Shown piece after piece: positions 39,252 to 52,551 of a stretch of 64,000 bases of DNA. Below the pieces are notes generated by a model that saw only the letters and a program-made list of their open reading frames with translations, did no database searches and was not told the DNA's origin. Source of the stretch: Lytechinus pictus (Eukaryota). A program made the translations under genes and the position numbers. How positions within the stretch are numbered: the stretch's first letter is position 1; each line of letters begins with the position of its first letter. The stretch lies in contig NC_087251.1 in the NCBI RefSeq assembly GCF_037042905.1, positions 3,040,001-3,104,000 of the forward strand, given 5' to 3'.

Positions 39252-39834
39252 AGGAGAATGAAACTCTTGGAGCAAGTTAGCTTTGTGAAAGCAGAAAAAT
39301 CAAAGAATAAGATCAACAAAAGTTTGAGTAAAATAGGACTAGCAATAGAAGAGTTATGAGCATTTGAATGTCGAGATCACTAATGCTATGGAGATCCTCC
39401 CATTGGCAATGCGACCAAGATCTATGATGTCACAGATGAACAACTCTCCCCTTTTTGACACTGAAAATATACCCCAAAACGTCTCTTATTGCTCATTCTA
39501 ATCATATGACAAATGATTCATCAATGATATAACGTTGTGAAACATCTGTACTTGTCCTCTCATAAAGAGAACACCTCACCTTGTGATAGACTCTATAAAA
39601 GTGAGAATATAAGTGAAATAAGTACTAAAGTAATGAGGGAGTTGTACGTGTGTGACATCACAGATCTTGGTCGCATTGCCAATGGGAGGATCTACATGGC
39701 ATTAGTGATCTCAATATTCAAATGCTCATAACTTTCTTATTATTCTTTCAATCTTCCTCAAACTTTCAACAATATATTTCTTTGATTTTTCTCTTTGATA
39801 TGGATTCAGCTGGTTTCAAGGGTTTCATTCTCCT
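39252..39834 (+). mobile_element. Kolobok-like TTAA MITE, family A, copy 3
   Basis: TTAA-aggagaatgaaactcttgg ... gtttcattctcct-TTAA. The same spurious ORF ([13 protein letters not shown]) appears in all three copies. Confidence 0.88.
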
Positions 39835-40404
39835 TTAAATCGTCGTACTGATTCCACGACTTCAAGACTGGTCCTGTTGTAGGGAGCGTGACAATCAAAT
39901 TGCTGGTCAAAATATCAAACCTAACTTGATCTTTAACCAATCAGAAGGATGTATTTGGGACTTTCCGCAACATGCATTTGACGGTGACTGCAGGATTGTA
40001 AAAAAAAAAGAACGTTGAACTTAATTGATTTGATAAAGGCTTTTTGTGAAAAATCTACCAAGAAAACCTTCGCCTATATCCCAATTAAAATGCCAGGCAG
40101 ATAGTATGGGTAATTAGCATCACAATGTTCCGGAATGCGTCGGACCCGTGAACGACATGAACCATGGTACCTGTTGTCAAAATTCGCGTTCCATTTTAAT
40201 TGATCGTTTCTGGTACAGAAGCAGGATTTTATTTTGGGCGCGCGGATTTTTGAATGGTGAGGACGGTCGCCAAACGCTCCACGCCAAGTTGAAACTGCAA
40301 GTTAAAAATATATCAATCACATAACCTGCAAAGAAAATACCATAATCACGATGGTCTAGGTTGAACCATTTAATCGTCGTTATTGATCCAGTGCAACTTT
40401 GAAA

Positions 40405-43400
40405 ATGTTGAGCCTTCATATCTTGCTGTTTCTAGCTGTTCTTATTTCGTCATCTCATAAAAGTTCACCAGCTGTAATCAGACATGGCGCCTCCTCCAAC
40501 GGGGAGGTACCAGTCCCACAGGTAAGCTACAAACACATTACTCACATGATTAAAAGATTGTTTCAAACATTATTTTAATCATTACTGATCATGATGTAAA
40601 ATAGAGATTTATGTTTCCCTTTTATCATGTTTATGTTGATAAGGTTGTATTGTCTTGTCTTTCAGTTGATGCCCATATTGGAATAAGAGGACTTCGTGAT
40701 TAAATTCTTATGTTAATATCATATTTATAAAAATATCATCACGGAGCCCTCTTGGCTAGATTATATGGCAGTCGAAGATTGTTTTTAAATCATTCTCGTC
40801 CTTGTCATCAACGTCACATTCACCGTCATTATCACCATCAACATCATCGTCATCAACATCATCGTCATCAACATCATCATGATCATCATTATCATCATCA
40901 TCAACATCAACATCAACATAATTATCATCATCATCATCACCATCATCATCATTTACATCATAATCATCAACGTCATCACCATAATCATATTCATCATACA
41001 GGGGCCCCGGAAAGAATATTCAAATTGGGCAGGGGGAGGGCTGAGCTGAGAGTTAGCATGGTTAGGGAGGGGCTTGCCATGTAAAACAATACAATCAGGT
41101 GATCATTTTATGTTTTTGTTAGTCACATTTTGATATAGAAATTGGGGATGACCTCTTCCCAGTTCCGGCACCTGTCATCATCATTATCATCGTCATCAAC
41201 ACCATCTTCAACAGCATCATCTTGATCATCGTCATCATCAACCTCCTCGTCATCATCATGAACTGTAAATCCTCTTGGCCTCCTTCGTCACCACCATGCA
41301 CCACCACCATCATTATCACCATCATAGATGCAGTATAGTTTCTATGGCCGCGCCGTACACAGAAATTTTTCGCTGGGGGCAGCATACGTAAACTTTTTCG
41401 AAAAGAATTAAAAGCGAGGGAGCAAAGCGACCGAGCTTGTCATTGTGGCACTTTTGCCTTTTAAAAGTGGAATTGAAGGATTTCTTGCATACTTATGGTA
41501 AATTTTGTGAAAATTGTCAGTAAAACAATGTAAGTTTTCATAATTTTTGGGGTGCAACTGCCCCCTGCCCCCTCCCCCCGCTGCGTACGGCCATGACAGT
41601 TTCACTTGAAACGTTTGGTACTAGAGCGCTTCATTGTACTTTAATTTAAAATCGTGCAAATCATGTAAATTGCGCAAAATACTCCATAATAACGCTCCAG
41701 AATATCTAAGATAGGCCTTCGTATAAGAAATACCATGATTATTTTAATGAAAACCTTCTTCATGCAGCATTATATTTCTATCGAATCCAGTAGTTATTGC
41801 TGATAAAGACTTAATTAAAAAAATACTAAATTTTTAAATCATTGATGAGGACAGGAAAGGGAAACAATTTACATGAATTTCATATTATAAAAGTAAAATG
41901 GTATTCCTGCAATGAGGAAGGGATATTTTAAAAGTAACATCCCATAATTTGCAAGTGTACTGAAGTGAATTCTGACCTCTTGATAGAAACCTAGAAGTAA
42001 ACCGATCGCAAAGGTTCACATTATCCATTGAAGTCTTACTTCACTTCATTAACTGATCAAGTCATGGTCATTTGAGAGCATTACAGACTATCAAAAGAAC
42101 CAGAAATCAGGGACCGAAAATTTCATGAAGGTCCCACATATAGGGGGTCGGACGTACATATTTAATGGAATTGCCCACAGGTAATACAGAGTTAGAAGAC
42201 CGGATATCTATTATTCAATACCCTTCTCTCTTCCGTTTCTTCTGTCTTTCTATCTTTTTCAATTTTTTCACTTCTTTGAAAATCACGTGGGGGAGGGGCA
42301 CCCCCTTCTCCTGTTACGCCGACCTCGGTGATATACTAAATGAATTGCCGAAGCTTTTGAAAATATGTTTTCCATGCATGTTTAACAAGTCTTTAAATAT
42401 TACTAAAAATATTGTTAAATTATATGTGAAGCAAAAATCACGTGATAAATTCTAACTAAACCAATCAAACGCATGCAAGGTTAATTCAGGGTATCATTTA
42501 TGATGTGTAGGGGAAGGCGGGGTGAGTTGATCCATTTTTTGCCATTTCATGTTAGAACTTATATGATTCATAATCTTGTAGAAATAAGTACCTTTCCTTA
42601 AAATTTACTTCCTGTGAACCATGTTTTACCTACATGTACATATATAACATTCTACGCCCACACTGAAAGTCACTGTCACCTTTGAAATAAAAAGATGTCA
42701 AATGGCTCAACTTGCCCCACCCATCGGGGTAAGTTGGGCCACCTTCTGGGGTAAGTTGAGCCTCAAAAACTATGTATAAAAAAGGTATGGGACAAGAACC
42801 AGCATGTCAATTTTTCATTTAAGTCTTTTTCACTTGCTAATTCCCTACAAATACCAACATTCTCTAAAAGTAAAACAACTGTCTTATGAATTTTGTTCTT
42901 TCTGCCTGCATATCAATGGTTTTTCAAGTTTTTTTTTAATATACATTACCATGGCTCAATTTGCCCCATGTTGGCTAGCTCAACCAACCCCAGTCCAAAC
43001 TTAATGTGATAATTATTTTTACATCAACACATTTCTTATGCATCCATAATGTAAAACACTATGACAAGAATGAAGATCCATACCTGGACTCACTGGGGGA
43101 TCGGGGAGGGGGGGGGGGCAAAGCCGGCCCGTGCCCCCCTTTTGAGAAGGCAAAATTAAAATTTGTAATGTAAAAATGCCGTTAAAACAGAAGTGTGCCC
43201 CCCCCCCCCTTGAAAATGAAGACCTTTTATATTTTTTTGCTTGTCAAACATGCTCGTGGACGAAATTTCCTTAATTTTGGGTTGAAGATTTTTTTTTCTG
43301 TGCTTGTCAAATTTTTCCTCGGGAAAATGGGCCTTCCTTTTTTTTTAAATCCTGGATCCGCCCCTGCCTGGACTAACAATAGATGCCTTTACTATATTCA

Positions 43401-46400
43401 AAGATGCATGTGGGTGAAAAGCGCTTATCCATTTAAAACTTTTTATTAATTTTCTATTTTTTGACTGGGGGTGGTGGCTAAACTTACCCATATGCACAAC
43501 TTACCCCCGCCTTCCCCTACAGTTTCATCGAGTGATATCTAAAGATGAGCAGGAGAACCATAGTCTTTCAACGATCTACCTTATATCCGAAAAAGGAAGA
43601 TCTCTACAAAGTCATTTTCTTTTTTCTACCTGTCACAGGGGACATCATACCTGGACCAGGACACTCGGAAATCAGAAGGCTCGTCACCCTTCTCTTTTTC
43701 ACAGAGTGAGTATTTGAAATATTTAGGATTTCTTCTATTGCCCGATTGTTTGTGTTACAAGAGGTGCTTCATTTATAGAGCGTACCGAAGGGCGACGTCA
43801 GTTGCCATGGTTGCCGGCGTCAGTTGCCATGGTGTCATGGCGGGCTGGTCCTAAACAGAGTCGCAGCTGACGGTCGTCTGTATACTTTGGCTCGTCTGAT
43901 AGGTTGCAAGCGATCAAATTCCGAAAGCAGCCATTTTCCCCTATGCGAGAAACCACGCTTTCATCCGGCGGGTTTATTAGAACCATGCCACCATGACACC
44001 TTGGCAACTGACATCATCGCTTCGGTACTCTATTTCGAAATAGTGAGTTTTTACTTAGCGACACAAAATGAATCCAACAACACAACAAATGCATTGATAA
44101 TGCAAATCACAATGAAGTCTTTGTCTAGGGTCGGAACAGCAAATTCGTTCGACGTTTCAGAGCTGACGAAAAATCGCAATTATGCCGTTTGTCCAGAGTC
44201 GCCGACGAAACTGCTGTTTCGATTCACTGACCTTCGTCAAAGATTTTATTGACATGAAGGGTATTTGACAATAGATTCTCTACGTGACAACGTTCCAGAA
44301 AGTGTCTGCGTAGCTTTTGCGAAAACTCTTACATGATATCCAATGCAAAGGGTATAGTGTATTCAATGATAGCAGCTCCGAGACCCATATTAAGATTAAA
44401 GTCCACGCCAGAAAAATGTTGATTTGAATAAATAGAGAAAAATCAAACTGGCATAATGCTGAAAATTTCATCAAAATCGGACGTTAAATTAGAAAGTTAT
44501 GACATTTTAAAGTTTCGCTTATTTTTAACAAAACAGTGATAAGCACAACTCAGTGACATGCAAATGAGTCAGTCGATGATGTCCATCACTCACTATTTCT
44601 TTTGTTTTTTATTGTTTGAATTATACGATATTTCATGTTTTACAGATTTGACAATAATGAACAACTTATAGTATTAAACATATGCTAATTCCACATGTTC
44701 AGGGAGGAATTAATCGTTGTTTTACAATGAGGAAAAATTAGAATATTTCATATTTCATAAAATAAAGTACAAAAGAAATAGTGAGTGGATGACGTCATCA
44801 GTCTCCTCATTTGCATGCCGACCAGGATGTGCATAACTTTTTGTGAAATTAAGCGAAACTTTGAAATGTCATAACTTTCTTTTTTTGCATCCGACTTTGA
44901 TGAAATTTTCAGTGTTATGCTTGTTAGATTTTTCTCTTTTTATTCAAATCAACTTTATGTTGGGGTGGACTTGTCCTTTAATGATAGGAGCCCCTGTTCT
45001 ATAAGTACGATGGTTGAAAAATTTAGCTTTAAAGGTAACTGACAGATGAAGTTAAAAGATTCATTTTTTTTCTTTCTCTCTCTGAATAGCTCATCACATT
45101 TTAATAACCATGGAATGGGGAGAGATGCATCTGAGTATACAGTCATCTGAATTTATTTTATTGCCAATACCTGTATGTTAATACAGGTATTCTTTGATAA
45201 TCATTATTCAATAACCGGTTTTTTTTTCACAGGGGACGTTGGTGATGACCCCAAGGGTGCAGATGATAACCCGGAAGTAATTCCAGACCCATTGGTTCAT
45301 ACTATCTCGAGAAGACAAACATCGAAAGGAGATCAGAAAAATACAACGAAGCAGGATACCGTTGAGAACACTGGTGAAGATCAAAACGCATGTGAGCATC
45401 AACTGGAGAGTTCATCTGGCATATTGTTTTCATATGCAATAGACAAATCACTATCTTGCAGATGGAACATTTCTGCTCCAGAGGACTCCATTGTTAACAT
45501 TGCTATCCTGGTCTTGGAATACAACGACACAAGCCTAGCTATTGCCGAAAGTGCTGGCAATCTCTGCCTTGAGAACGGGACATTTATCATATTTGAAGAA
45601 TTTCTTCCTGATTTTCAACCTCAAATTACAGCATTTTGTGAGGTAAAATCTGCAAATACTAGAGCGCTGACATTAATAACTGTCAGCAATAGAGTTTCCA
45701 TCAGTGTATACACACAACAAGATCCTGATATTGTATGGGCACTGTGGTATCAGATCGTCGATGAGTCCCTATTTGATCAGGAAGCTTATGACAATAGTGA
45801 CGTTGGAAGTGGGGAGATGTTTACAGAATTAAAAGCTGTAAATTCTAGTTTACTTGAAAAAATTTCTGATCTGACTGCTGACCAGTGCTTTGAAATCGAT
45901 GAAATGATGCTAAGTCCTAAAAAAGAATCGTTTGGTATAAGTGAAAACTGTTCACTGACGTTTTTGCCTGATGGGAATGAAGAACTTGTGTTGTCCTTAA
46001 TCAGTATTGGTCTTTCTAATGCTACGGTTGCCAATTGTACCTCTGATAATGCATTCATTACTATCCGTAGTTGGAAACCTGATGGATATGCTAACGAGAC
46101 TCTTTTCTGCTCGATTCCTTTATTTGGAGCTCGGTTCCAATCTCCTGTGCGTATTGAGCTGCTTTATCATCCTTTTGCAGTTACACGGCAAGATTTCAAG
46201 GCACAAATAAGCATTGTTGAGCCCGATTTGGATATTACTCAACTGTTGGACGCGTTGCTACAAAATACTTTGCTTTACTCCCTATCCGGAGATAATGGAA
46301 GCCTTTCTTCTCTGGGATATCCGATGCCTTTTCCAAGTATGCGCATGATCTGGGAGATCACTGTTGGTAAGGGGAAGGAAATTAATCTTGAGTTCGTTGA

Positions 46401-49400
46401 CATCGATTTTGGATATGAACCTCCTTCCATCTGCAACGAAACCACGCCTATTCTTTTCATAATTTCCTCCCCTATCTATGACAAAGAAAATATATACTGC
46501 GGTTCTTTACCACCATGGAACATAACATCTTATGGCGGCAAGATGAGTTTGATTTTCGACCCCAAGGCAGGCAACATTGGAAGAGGATTGCAAGCTGTTT
46601 TCTCGTCCTTTGATATTGACAATGATACATATCAAGCAAACCTGGGCTTAGATGATGCTTGGAGTCTTTTACAAGAGCTACCTATCCCTCCTTCAATGTT
46701 ATATGCACCTGCGAGAATATTTGAGGACTGCGAATTGTTATTCATGAACTACTCTCGAAATTTCTCGAACAATATTGCTTCCAACGAAAATCTATTCAAC
46801 TTTTCTATCTGCCAGCGAATATTATCGACTCCATTCGATTTCATAGAGGACCTCTTGAAAAACACCACCCTGTTCGATTATTTGGATAAAAATGGAGGAA
46901 TTATGAAGCCCATCAACTTCACATCGGGAAATCAATTTGAAGACGATTTTGACAAGTACAGAGGGAACTTTGGTTTTAATGAAGACATTAGTAGTTCTCC
47001 AAGGGTCACTACTCCATCGACACAGCCGACTGATGTATCATTAATATCCAATGTCTGCGATAAAATTACAGAGGATTCTGGGAAGTTTTCTACCCTGTTT
47101 TATCCCAATGACTATCCAGTCAACTACACGGCCTGTTGGTATATAATGACAAATCCCTCACGGTATATAGTGCTCCAGCTTAGAAACTTTTCACTTGATT
47201 CTGCTCGTATAGATCCATGTGATACATCATATTCTCATGTGGTCATCAATGACTTTGTCTTAGATGCAGTATTTTTGTGCGGTGAATTTGACTACCGGAA
47301 AATTGAATCTTCCAGAAATAGTATACAAATTGAAATTAAGGGAAAATTAGGACAAGGACAGGGATTTTACGCTGTGTTTGAAACTTTCGAAATACCTCAA
47401 TTTCGATCTCATGTTGCCACAGGTGAGATTGTAAGTTGCAATGCCACAGAACATCTAGAGAGTCTTGCTGTGTCCGGAACTGCTCGTCTTCCAGCTCTCA
47501 TGAGCAAATGCAGTGTAGATGGAACCTGGTTGGAGTGGTTCACAGAATCTGATAAAGAAAGTGGATGGATTGCATCACCAATGTTTCCTTGGCATTACCC
47601 AGCAGGTTCACACTGCGTCTGGATTATACGAGGAGAAGGGAATGTGATGGTGAAGTTGGATTTCTTTGATTTTGATCTTGGTGAGGTTCCTGGGACATAC
47701 CCACCCTGTAGCGAGGCTGATACTTTCATCCTGATCCGGGATTGTGTTTCAGGAGAAGAGAAAACCCTATGTGGCGTCAGAACTGAAAATGAAGAGGTGA
47801 TTATACATTCCAACTCGGTTGAAATAGAGTTTTACAGTCAAGGTGGCCAGGGCAAGGGCTTCCATGCTTTCTACAAACTAAGACAATCTACCATCGAAGG
47901 TCAACAGTTAAGAATTCTACCTGAAAATCTGACATCTGTTCCATCATTCCATGGAAGAGAAGACACGACAACCAAAGAATCACAACCTTCAAAATTCCCT
48001 GTGTCCACTCTTCCTCCAAAAAGCTTGGTAAGTGATCCTGTCTGCGATGTTATAAGCTCTGATGAGTGTGGTGCCACTATACGTTCTGAATTTGGTTACT
48101 TTTCATACGCATTCTATCCCCAAGAGTTGCTTTCCCAAACCGATTGCATTTGGGCTATAGAATCTTCCCTTCCTGATCATCAAATAGCATTGAAAATACT
48201 GGACAATGGTATGGGTGCACCGGTAATCGACGGCAAATGTGACACTCGTTATGGATATATTAGGGTTGATATTTCTGGAAATTACGCATATATCTGTAAT
48301 AATCGTGGACAAAATCTGTTTTTGTCCGATGCAGGGTTTATCAGAATTGAACTTTCCTCGGAATATAGTGTTGGTCGGGGATTCTGCGCGTCATTCATGT
48401 CCTTTAATTCTACATTCAATGGAAGTATAGATGATCTACAGTTACCGTGCTCGTGCGAAGACATTTTTACCAATTATTCTTGGATTGGACCTTCTGTTGA
48501 ACCACCAGGACAGGAAAGGTGCGAGTTTGCAATTGGAGAAGGATCTGGGACATTTCCTTCAGGCAGTTTTCCGATTCCCTATCCACCTAATTTCGAATGT
48601 GTTTGGACTTTATTAGCAGACCAAGATGAGAATGTCAATCTTCAGTTTATGTCTCTAGACCTCGATGGATTCAGAATGAGCGGGAGAAGGAGATGTCTCT
48701 TGACTGATACACATGTTCAGATAACACTCTTCACAGGCACTAAAGTTTTAAATGAGCGATTTTGTTCTGATGATGACTGGTCAGTGGCTATACCACCCTC
48801 GCGCGACGTGACCATTAAATTCAAATCGGGAGACACCCCAGCTCATAACCACACAGGATTTGTTATGGCGTACAATGTCACTCGTGCACAATCGAGAGAC
48901 ATGGCAGATAACAAGTCTGTAAGCGAATCCTCAGAAGACATCTTCGGTTTTAGGGCTGTCATTGACTACGATGGATTTTCGCCTCTCTCTTCGGATGACT
49001 ATTCAGAAGAAGTTGTTGTCGAAACCGGAAGAAGAACAACAGAAGGTGACAGAACAAGACTGACGTGGCCAATTGAGGTAGAAACTGAAATTCCAGACTT
49101 GGGATTGTTTACTGACTTTGCAACAGAATTGCCAGATATTTATGGTACAGAGTTACCAGAAGGCCATGAGACTACGACTGGTTATACACATGAAGGGGCA
49201 GATATCTTGACAACAACTGAAAGACTTCGAGGAACGTATTCATTGGAAGAGGTGACAACGAGAAGCTCAACATCACAGACCCTTGGTGTAATTCCAGGAA
49301 GAGGTATGATTTCAGTTTTCAATTTTATCATAGTGTACTTTTTAAAGGTCAAGTCCACCCAAGAAAAGAGTTGGTTTGAATACATAAAGGAAAATCAAAC

Positions 49401-50794
49401 AAGCATGACGCTGAAAATTTCATCAAAAGCGGATGTAAAATAAAAATGTTATGACATTTTAAAGTTTGGCTTATTTTTCACAAAACAGTTATAAGTATGC
49501 AAAACTCAGTGATATGCAAGTGAGATCTAAAGTCAATGATGTCACTCACTTTTTTTTAATTTTAGGATATTTCATTTTTTAAACAGGTTTGACAAACGTA
49601 ACTCTTGATTGAACCACAATATGTTAAAACAATGGTAATTTCACATGTTCAGGGAGGAATAAAACTTTGTTTCACGTGACAATGAGGAGAAAAATAAAAT
49701 ATTTCCTATTTCATGGAATTAAATAATAAAAAAACAGTGAGTGGGTAATTTCACTGGTCCCCTCATTTTCAACTTGACCAGGATTTTCATATAACTGTTT
49801 TGTAAAATTAGGAGAAGCTAATGCTTGTTTGATTTTCCTTTTTTTTTTAATTCAAATTTTTAAAAAAATTGTTGGGGTGGACTTGTCCTTAAGTATCCCC
49901 CAAATAATTTCCTATATCATGTCCATCATAATGAAAGTTATGCATCCTCATTTGATAAGGAAGCTAATTCGTATAAAATTCTTGGTCAATTCTGTTGAAT
50001 CGATTTTTCGTGTCTCTTTTTATTCAATTACTACAGGTAGAATGACAGCAAGAGAGATGGAGTTGACTATCTACATATGCACGGCATTCGCTGCTTTCTT
50101 CATAATTGTACTCATTTTGGTCACTTTATATTGCGCAAAGAATAGGTACAAATAATGAGTAAGAATGGGGTTTAAATCAATTCCTTGATAAACGCAGTGG
50201 TCATCATGCAATGCCATTGCGTGAATTCATAAATTTACTACATAATATTATTACTCCTCCATAATGAACAAACAGTTCTGTGTTACTTGGTTAATTTGAC
50301 AAATACATGGCTTATATATTCACTTTTCCTGAATTCAGCAATTCTGATTGACAAAAAGGCCAAAGTCATTACTCATTAAGTTATCTATCATGTAATAAAA
50401 CAGCCGATTTCAAAATGAATAAAGTTCAACAGAAGGAAATAAAACTATTTTGGGTAACCACCGAATTCAAAATATTATCATTGACTCTAGGAGGAGTAAA
50501 AGTAAGGCTGGATTCGATATTGACGCAGCAGACGAGGCTAACTACTGGCAGACATACAAAGATTGGGCCAAAGATTGGGTTACCGAACCAGTTGCAGGGT
50601 CTGCACAAAGTACAGTGGGTGCAATGTGCGGCGACGAAAGTGGAATGGCGCCAAAATGTAAGCCATCAACTGGTGGAGGAGCGATGGCGACCGAGTTGTC
50701 ACCAGATCATCGTAAGACTGTAAGCGCCGTTGTCAACCAACCTCCTATAGACAAACCAGAAAGAAACTTCATACCATCAGAAAAGTTAGTATGA
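40405..50794 (+). CDS. Type-I membrane protein with ~7 CUB domains, a Ser/Thr/Glu-rich stalk, one TM helix and a ~105-aa cytoplasmic tail (~1555 aa)
   Basis: Exons 40405-40521 (MLSLHILLFLAVLISSS, signal peptide; ends phase 0), 43639-43705 (phase 0 to 1), 45233-49303 (phase 1 to 1; CUB motifs such as SGKFSTLFYPNDYPVNYTACWYI, SGWIASPMFPWHYPAGSHCVWII, GKGFHAFY), 50037-50145 (IYICTAFAAFFIIVLILVTLY, TM; phase 1 to 2) and 50491-50794 (stop). All GT-AG; total 4668 nt, in frame. Confidence 0.88.
40800..41325. repeat. (CAT)n degenerate trinucleotide tracts in intron 1 of the CUB gene
   Basis: catcatcat tracts at 40800-41000 and 41175-41325. The His-rich and Met-rich ORFs here are by-products. Confidence 0.85.
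41343..41595. mobile_element. hAT-like MITE
   Basis: tatggcc...cgtacacag / ctgcgtacggccatg termini, with an 8-bp TSD atagtttc / acagtttc (one mismatch). Confidence 0.65.
42510..43517. mobile_element. Non-autonomous DNA transposon (TA-flanked) carrying a nested hAT MITE
   Basis: TIRs ggggaaggcggggtgagttg / caacttacccccgccttcccc, with repeated ggggtaagttg / caacttgcccc motifs. Confidence 0.75.
43091..43366. mobile_element. hAT-like MITE nested in the 42510-43517 element
   Basis: Perfect 8-bp TSD cctggact (43083-43090 and 43367-43374). Ends ca..ggggatc / ggatccgcccctg. Confidence 0.85.
43776..44033. mobile_element. Small palindromic MITE, unclassified
   Basis: gtaccgaag...gtcagttgcca...ggtgtcatggcg is inverted at ccatgacaccttggcaactgacatcatcgcttcggtac. 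Confidence 0.7.
44400..44977. mobile_element. Kolobok-like TTAA MITE, family B, copy 2 (left terminus slightly deleted)
   Basis: ttaa-agtccacgccag ... ggggtggacttgtcct-TTAA. Homologous to 30328-30910 in reverse orientation. Confidence 0.82.
45233..49303 (+). CDS. Giant 4071-bp coding exon encoding all CUB domains of the membrane protein
   Basis: Lies within the 1422-aa ORF 45175-49443, with acceptor tttttttcacag at 45232 and donor AG|gtatga at 49303/49304. Confidence 0.9.
49346..49888. mobile_element. Kolobok-like TTAA MITE, family B, copy 3 (more diverged)
   Basis: TTAA-aggtcaagtccaccc ... ggggtggacttgtcc-TTAA, starting 43 bp after the giant CUB exon. Confidence 0.8.
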
Positions 50795-52551
50795 TATCAG
50801 AATATCAAATTGTAATTGATATTACTACAGTCCATTAACCCAAGACGCCTAAAATCGCCATCGATAGAGTATCGATAATTGTGTATAAATTTTAACGATG
50901 TTTGCTTCCTCGTAAGAGTAAAAATGTAAAGGCCTATACGTCTGAAGAAAGGCCATTACACATCTTACGTACGATTGGTCTACGATCTGAGTTGAGAACA
51001 AATCGCAGTTTGTTTCATGAGAATATTTCAATAGTTCAAAATAACTAGAAATACTAATATTGAGTAATTCTAAACCTTCCAATTTGGAATAAAGTCTGCA
51101 TTGGTTTCAAATAATATCTGTTCGCACGATTGCCATTACTTCATTTATTAGATATTAAAATGAAATTGCAATAATCATGAATTAGAACCTGGCATAGCAA
51201 GATGTTCCTTGTCTCACGTGAAAAGTAAATTTACTTCCAAAATCAGGTCGCAGACCAATCGTAAGGTATGCATGCATGGGCATTTAGGAAACTGATATTA
51301 TCCAGTACAATTGATTATTGATGAATGTTATATTTTGAATCCAGTATGTATGATTCGTTTCTGGAAACGATAATTTGCAATGTATATATCGCACTTATGC
51401 TATTGTTTTTCCTAAATCGGTGTATTGGTTATTTATGGTAATCAATGAAAGGATGGTTTTATCTTAATAATGGACTGCTCCTTGAAGATGAGTAATTTAT
51501 TCAACCCTTCAGTGAGAATAACGAAACTTTGCCATTGGAATACAGAATAAGCTAATAAACCTTTAAAAAAACTTGAACAAAGTTACCCCTTATAGTCCTG
51601 AATTTTGGGTGGAAATATTGTTTTCATTACAATTCTCATAATCAAATTATAGTATGAAATGAGATTTTGCATGTTTTTTTATCTGAAGACGAGTACGCCT
51701 ATAATCTTGCGTTTCAATATGTTTACTTTTCTAGTCTAGGCCTCCTTCTTTAAGACTGGATTCATTAATGTGATATGTATAAGCTTCACGATGTCATCGA
51801 AAAATACGCTTCTCCTATATGATTCCCCAAATTATGGCATTGAGTTTGTCACTAGATCAATTCAGACCCTTCAACTGATCTACTCATGATCTCGATTATA
51901 TAGTTATTAAGTCATGAAGTTGAGGTATTATACTTCCGCAGCGCCATCTCACCATATGGGCTCATGATATGTTTTTATGAATATTGCGACTGGATCAGTG
52001 ATACTTTTTGTTAATAAAATAAATTTACTGATAGTAAAAAAAGATGATTGCTTTGATAGATGTGAGCATATACGTTTCGGGGATTTGAAATAAATTCTGG
52101 ACACCTGCATGTGATTAATGTTGACCCGAACTGGATTTCCATTTAAATCTTACAGATTTATAATAAGATAATGTGGAGTATGAATGTTAATCTTATATAT
52201 CATATTCGGGAAATAAGAATAGGCACCCAGGTTGCTCATGGGGTGCTGCGAATGTATTGCGTAGGCAGCTCCCTCTAGAAATCAGGTTGACAGCAAAAAG
52301 AAAAAAAATGGAGCAATGACTTTTTTGTCAATTTTTTCTTCTCGAAATCCCTTTCGTCATGAAGTGTAATCTGTATGATATATGTTTTTTTTTTCTGAAC
52401 AAAATCCCAGCACCCCTTACTTAAAAATCGTTCCCAGCAGGGCCCTAAGTGGGTGTTGGTGTGAAAGCCGAATTCTGAATCGGTCAAATCAAGCAAATTA
52501 TTGGAATCTGCAAAAAGTTTGATTTATTAATCAATTTTTCGGTCTGACGAA

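Noticed and set aside
40484..40521. ATG at 40484 (MAPPPTGRYQSH) as the CUB gene start
   Set aside because: It gives phases incompatible with the giant exon. The ATG at 40405 gives a signal peptide and a fully in-frame model.
40752..41084. His-rich 110-aa ORF
   Set aside because: It is a translation of a (CAT)n microsatellite in an intron.
49304..49443. C-terminal tail of the 1422-aa ORF (MISVFNFIIVYFLKVK...)
   Set aside because: This is read-through past the splice donor into intron and MITE sequence. The real TM exon is 50037-50145.
50780..50794. PDZ-binding motif at the CUB protein C-terminus (SEKLV)
   Set aside because: The -2 residue is Lys, which fits neither the class I nor the class II consensus.
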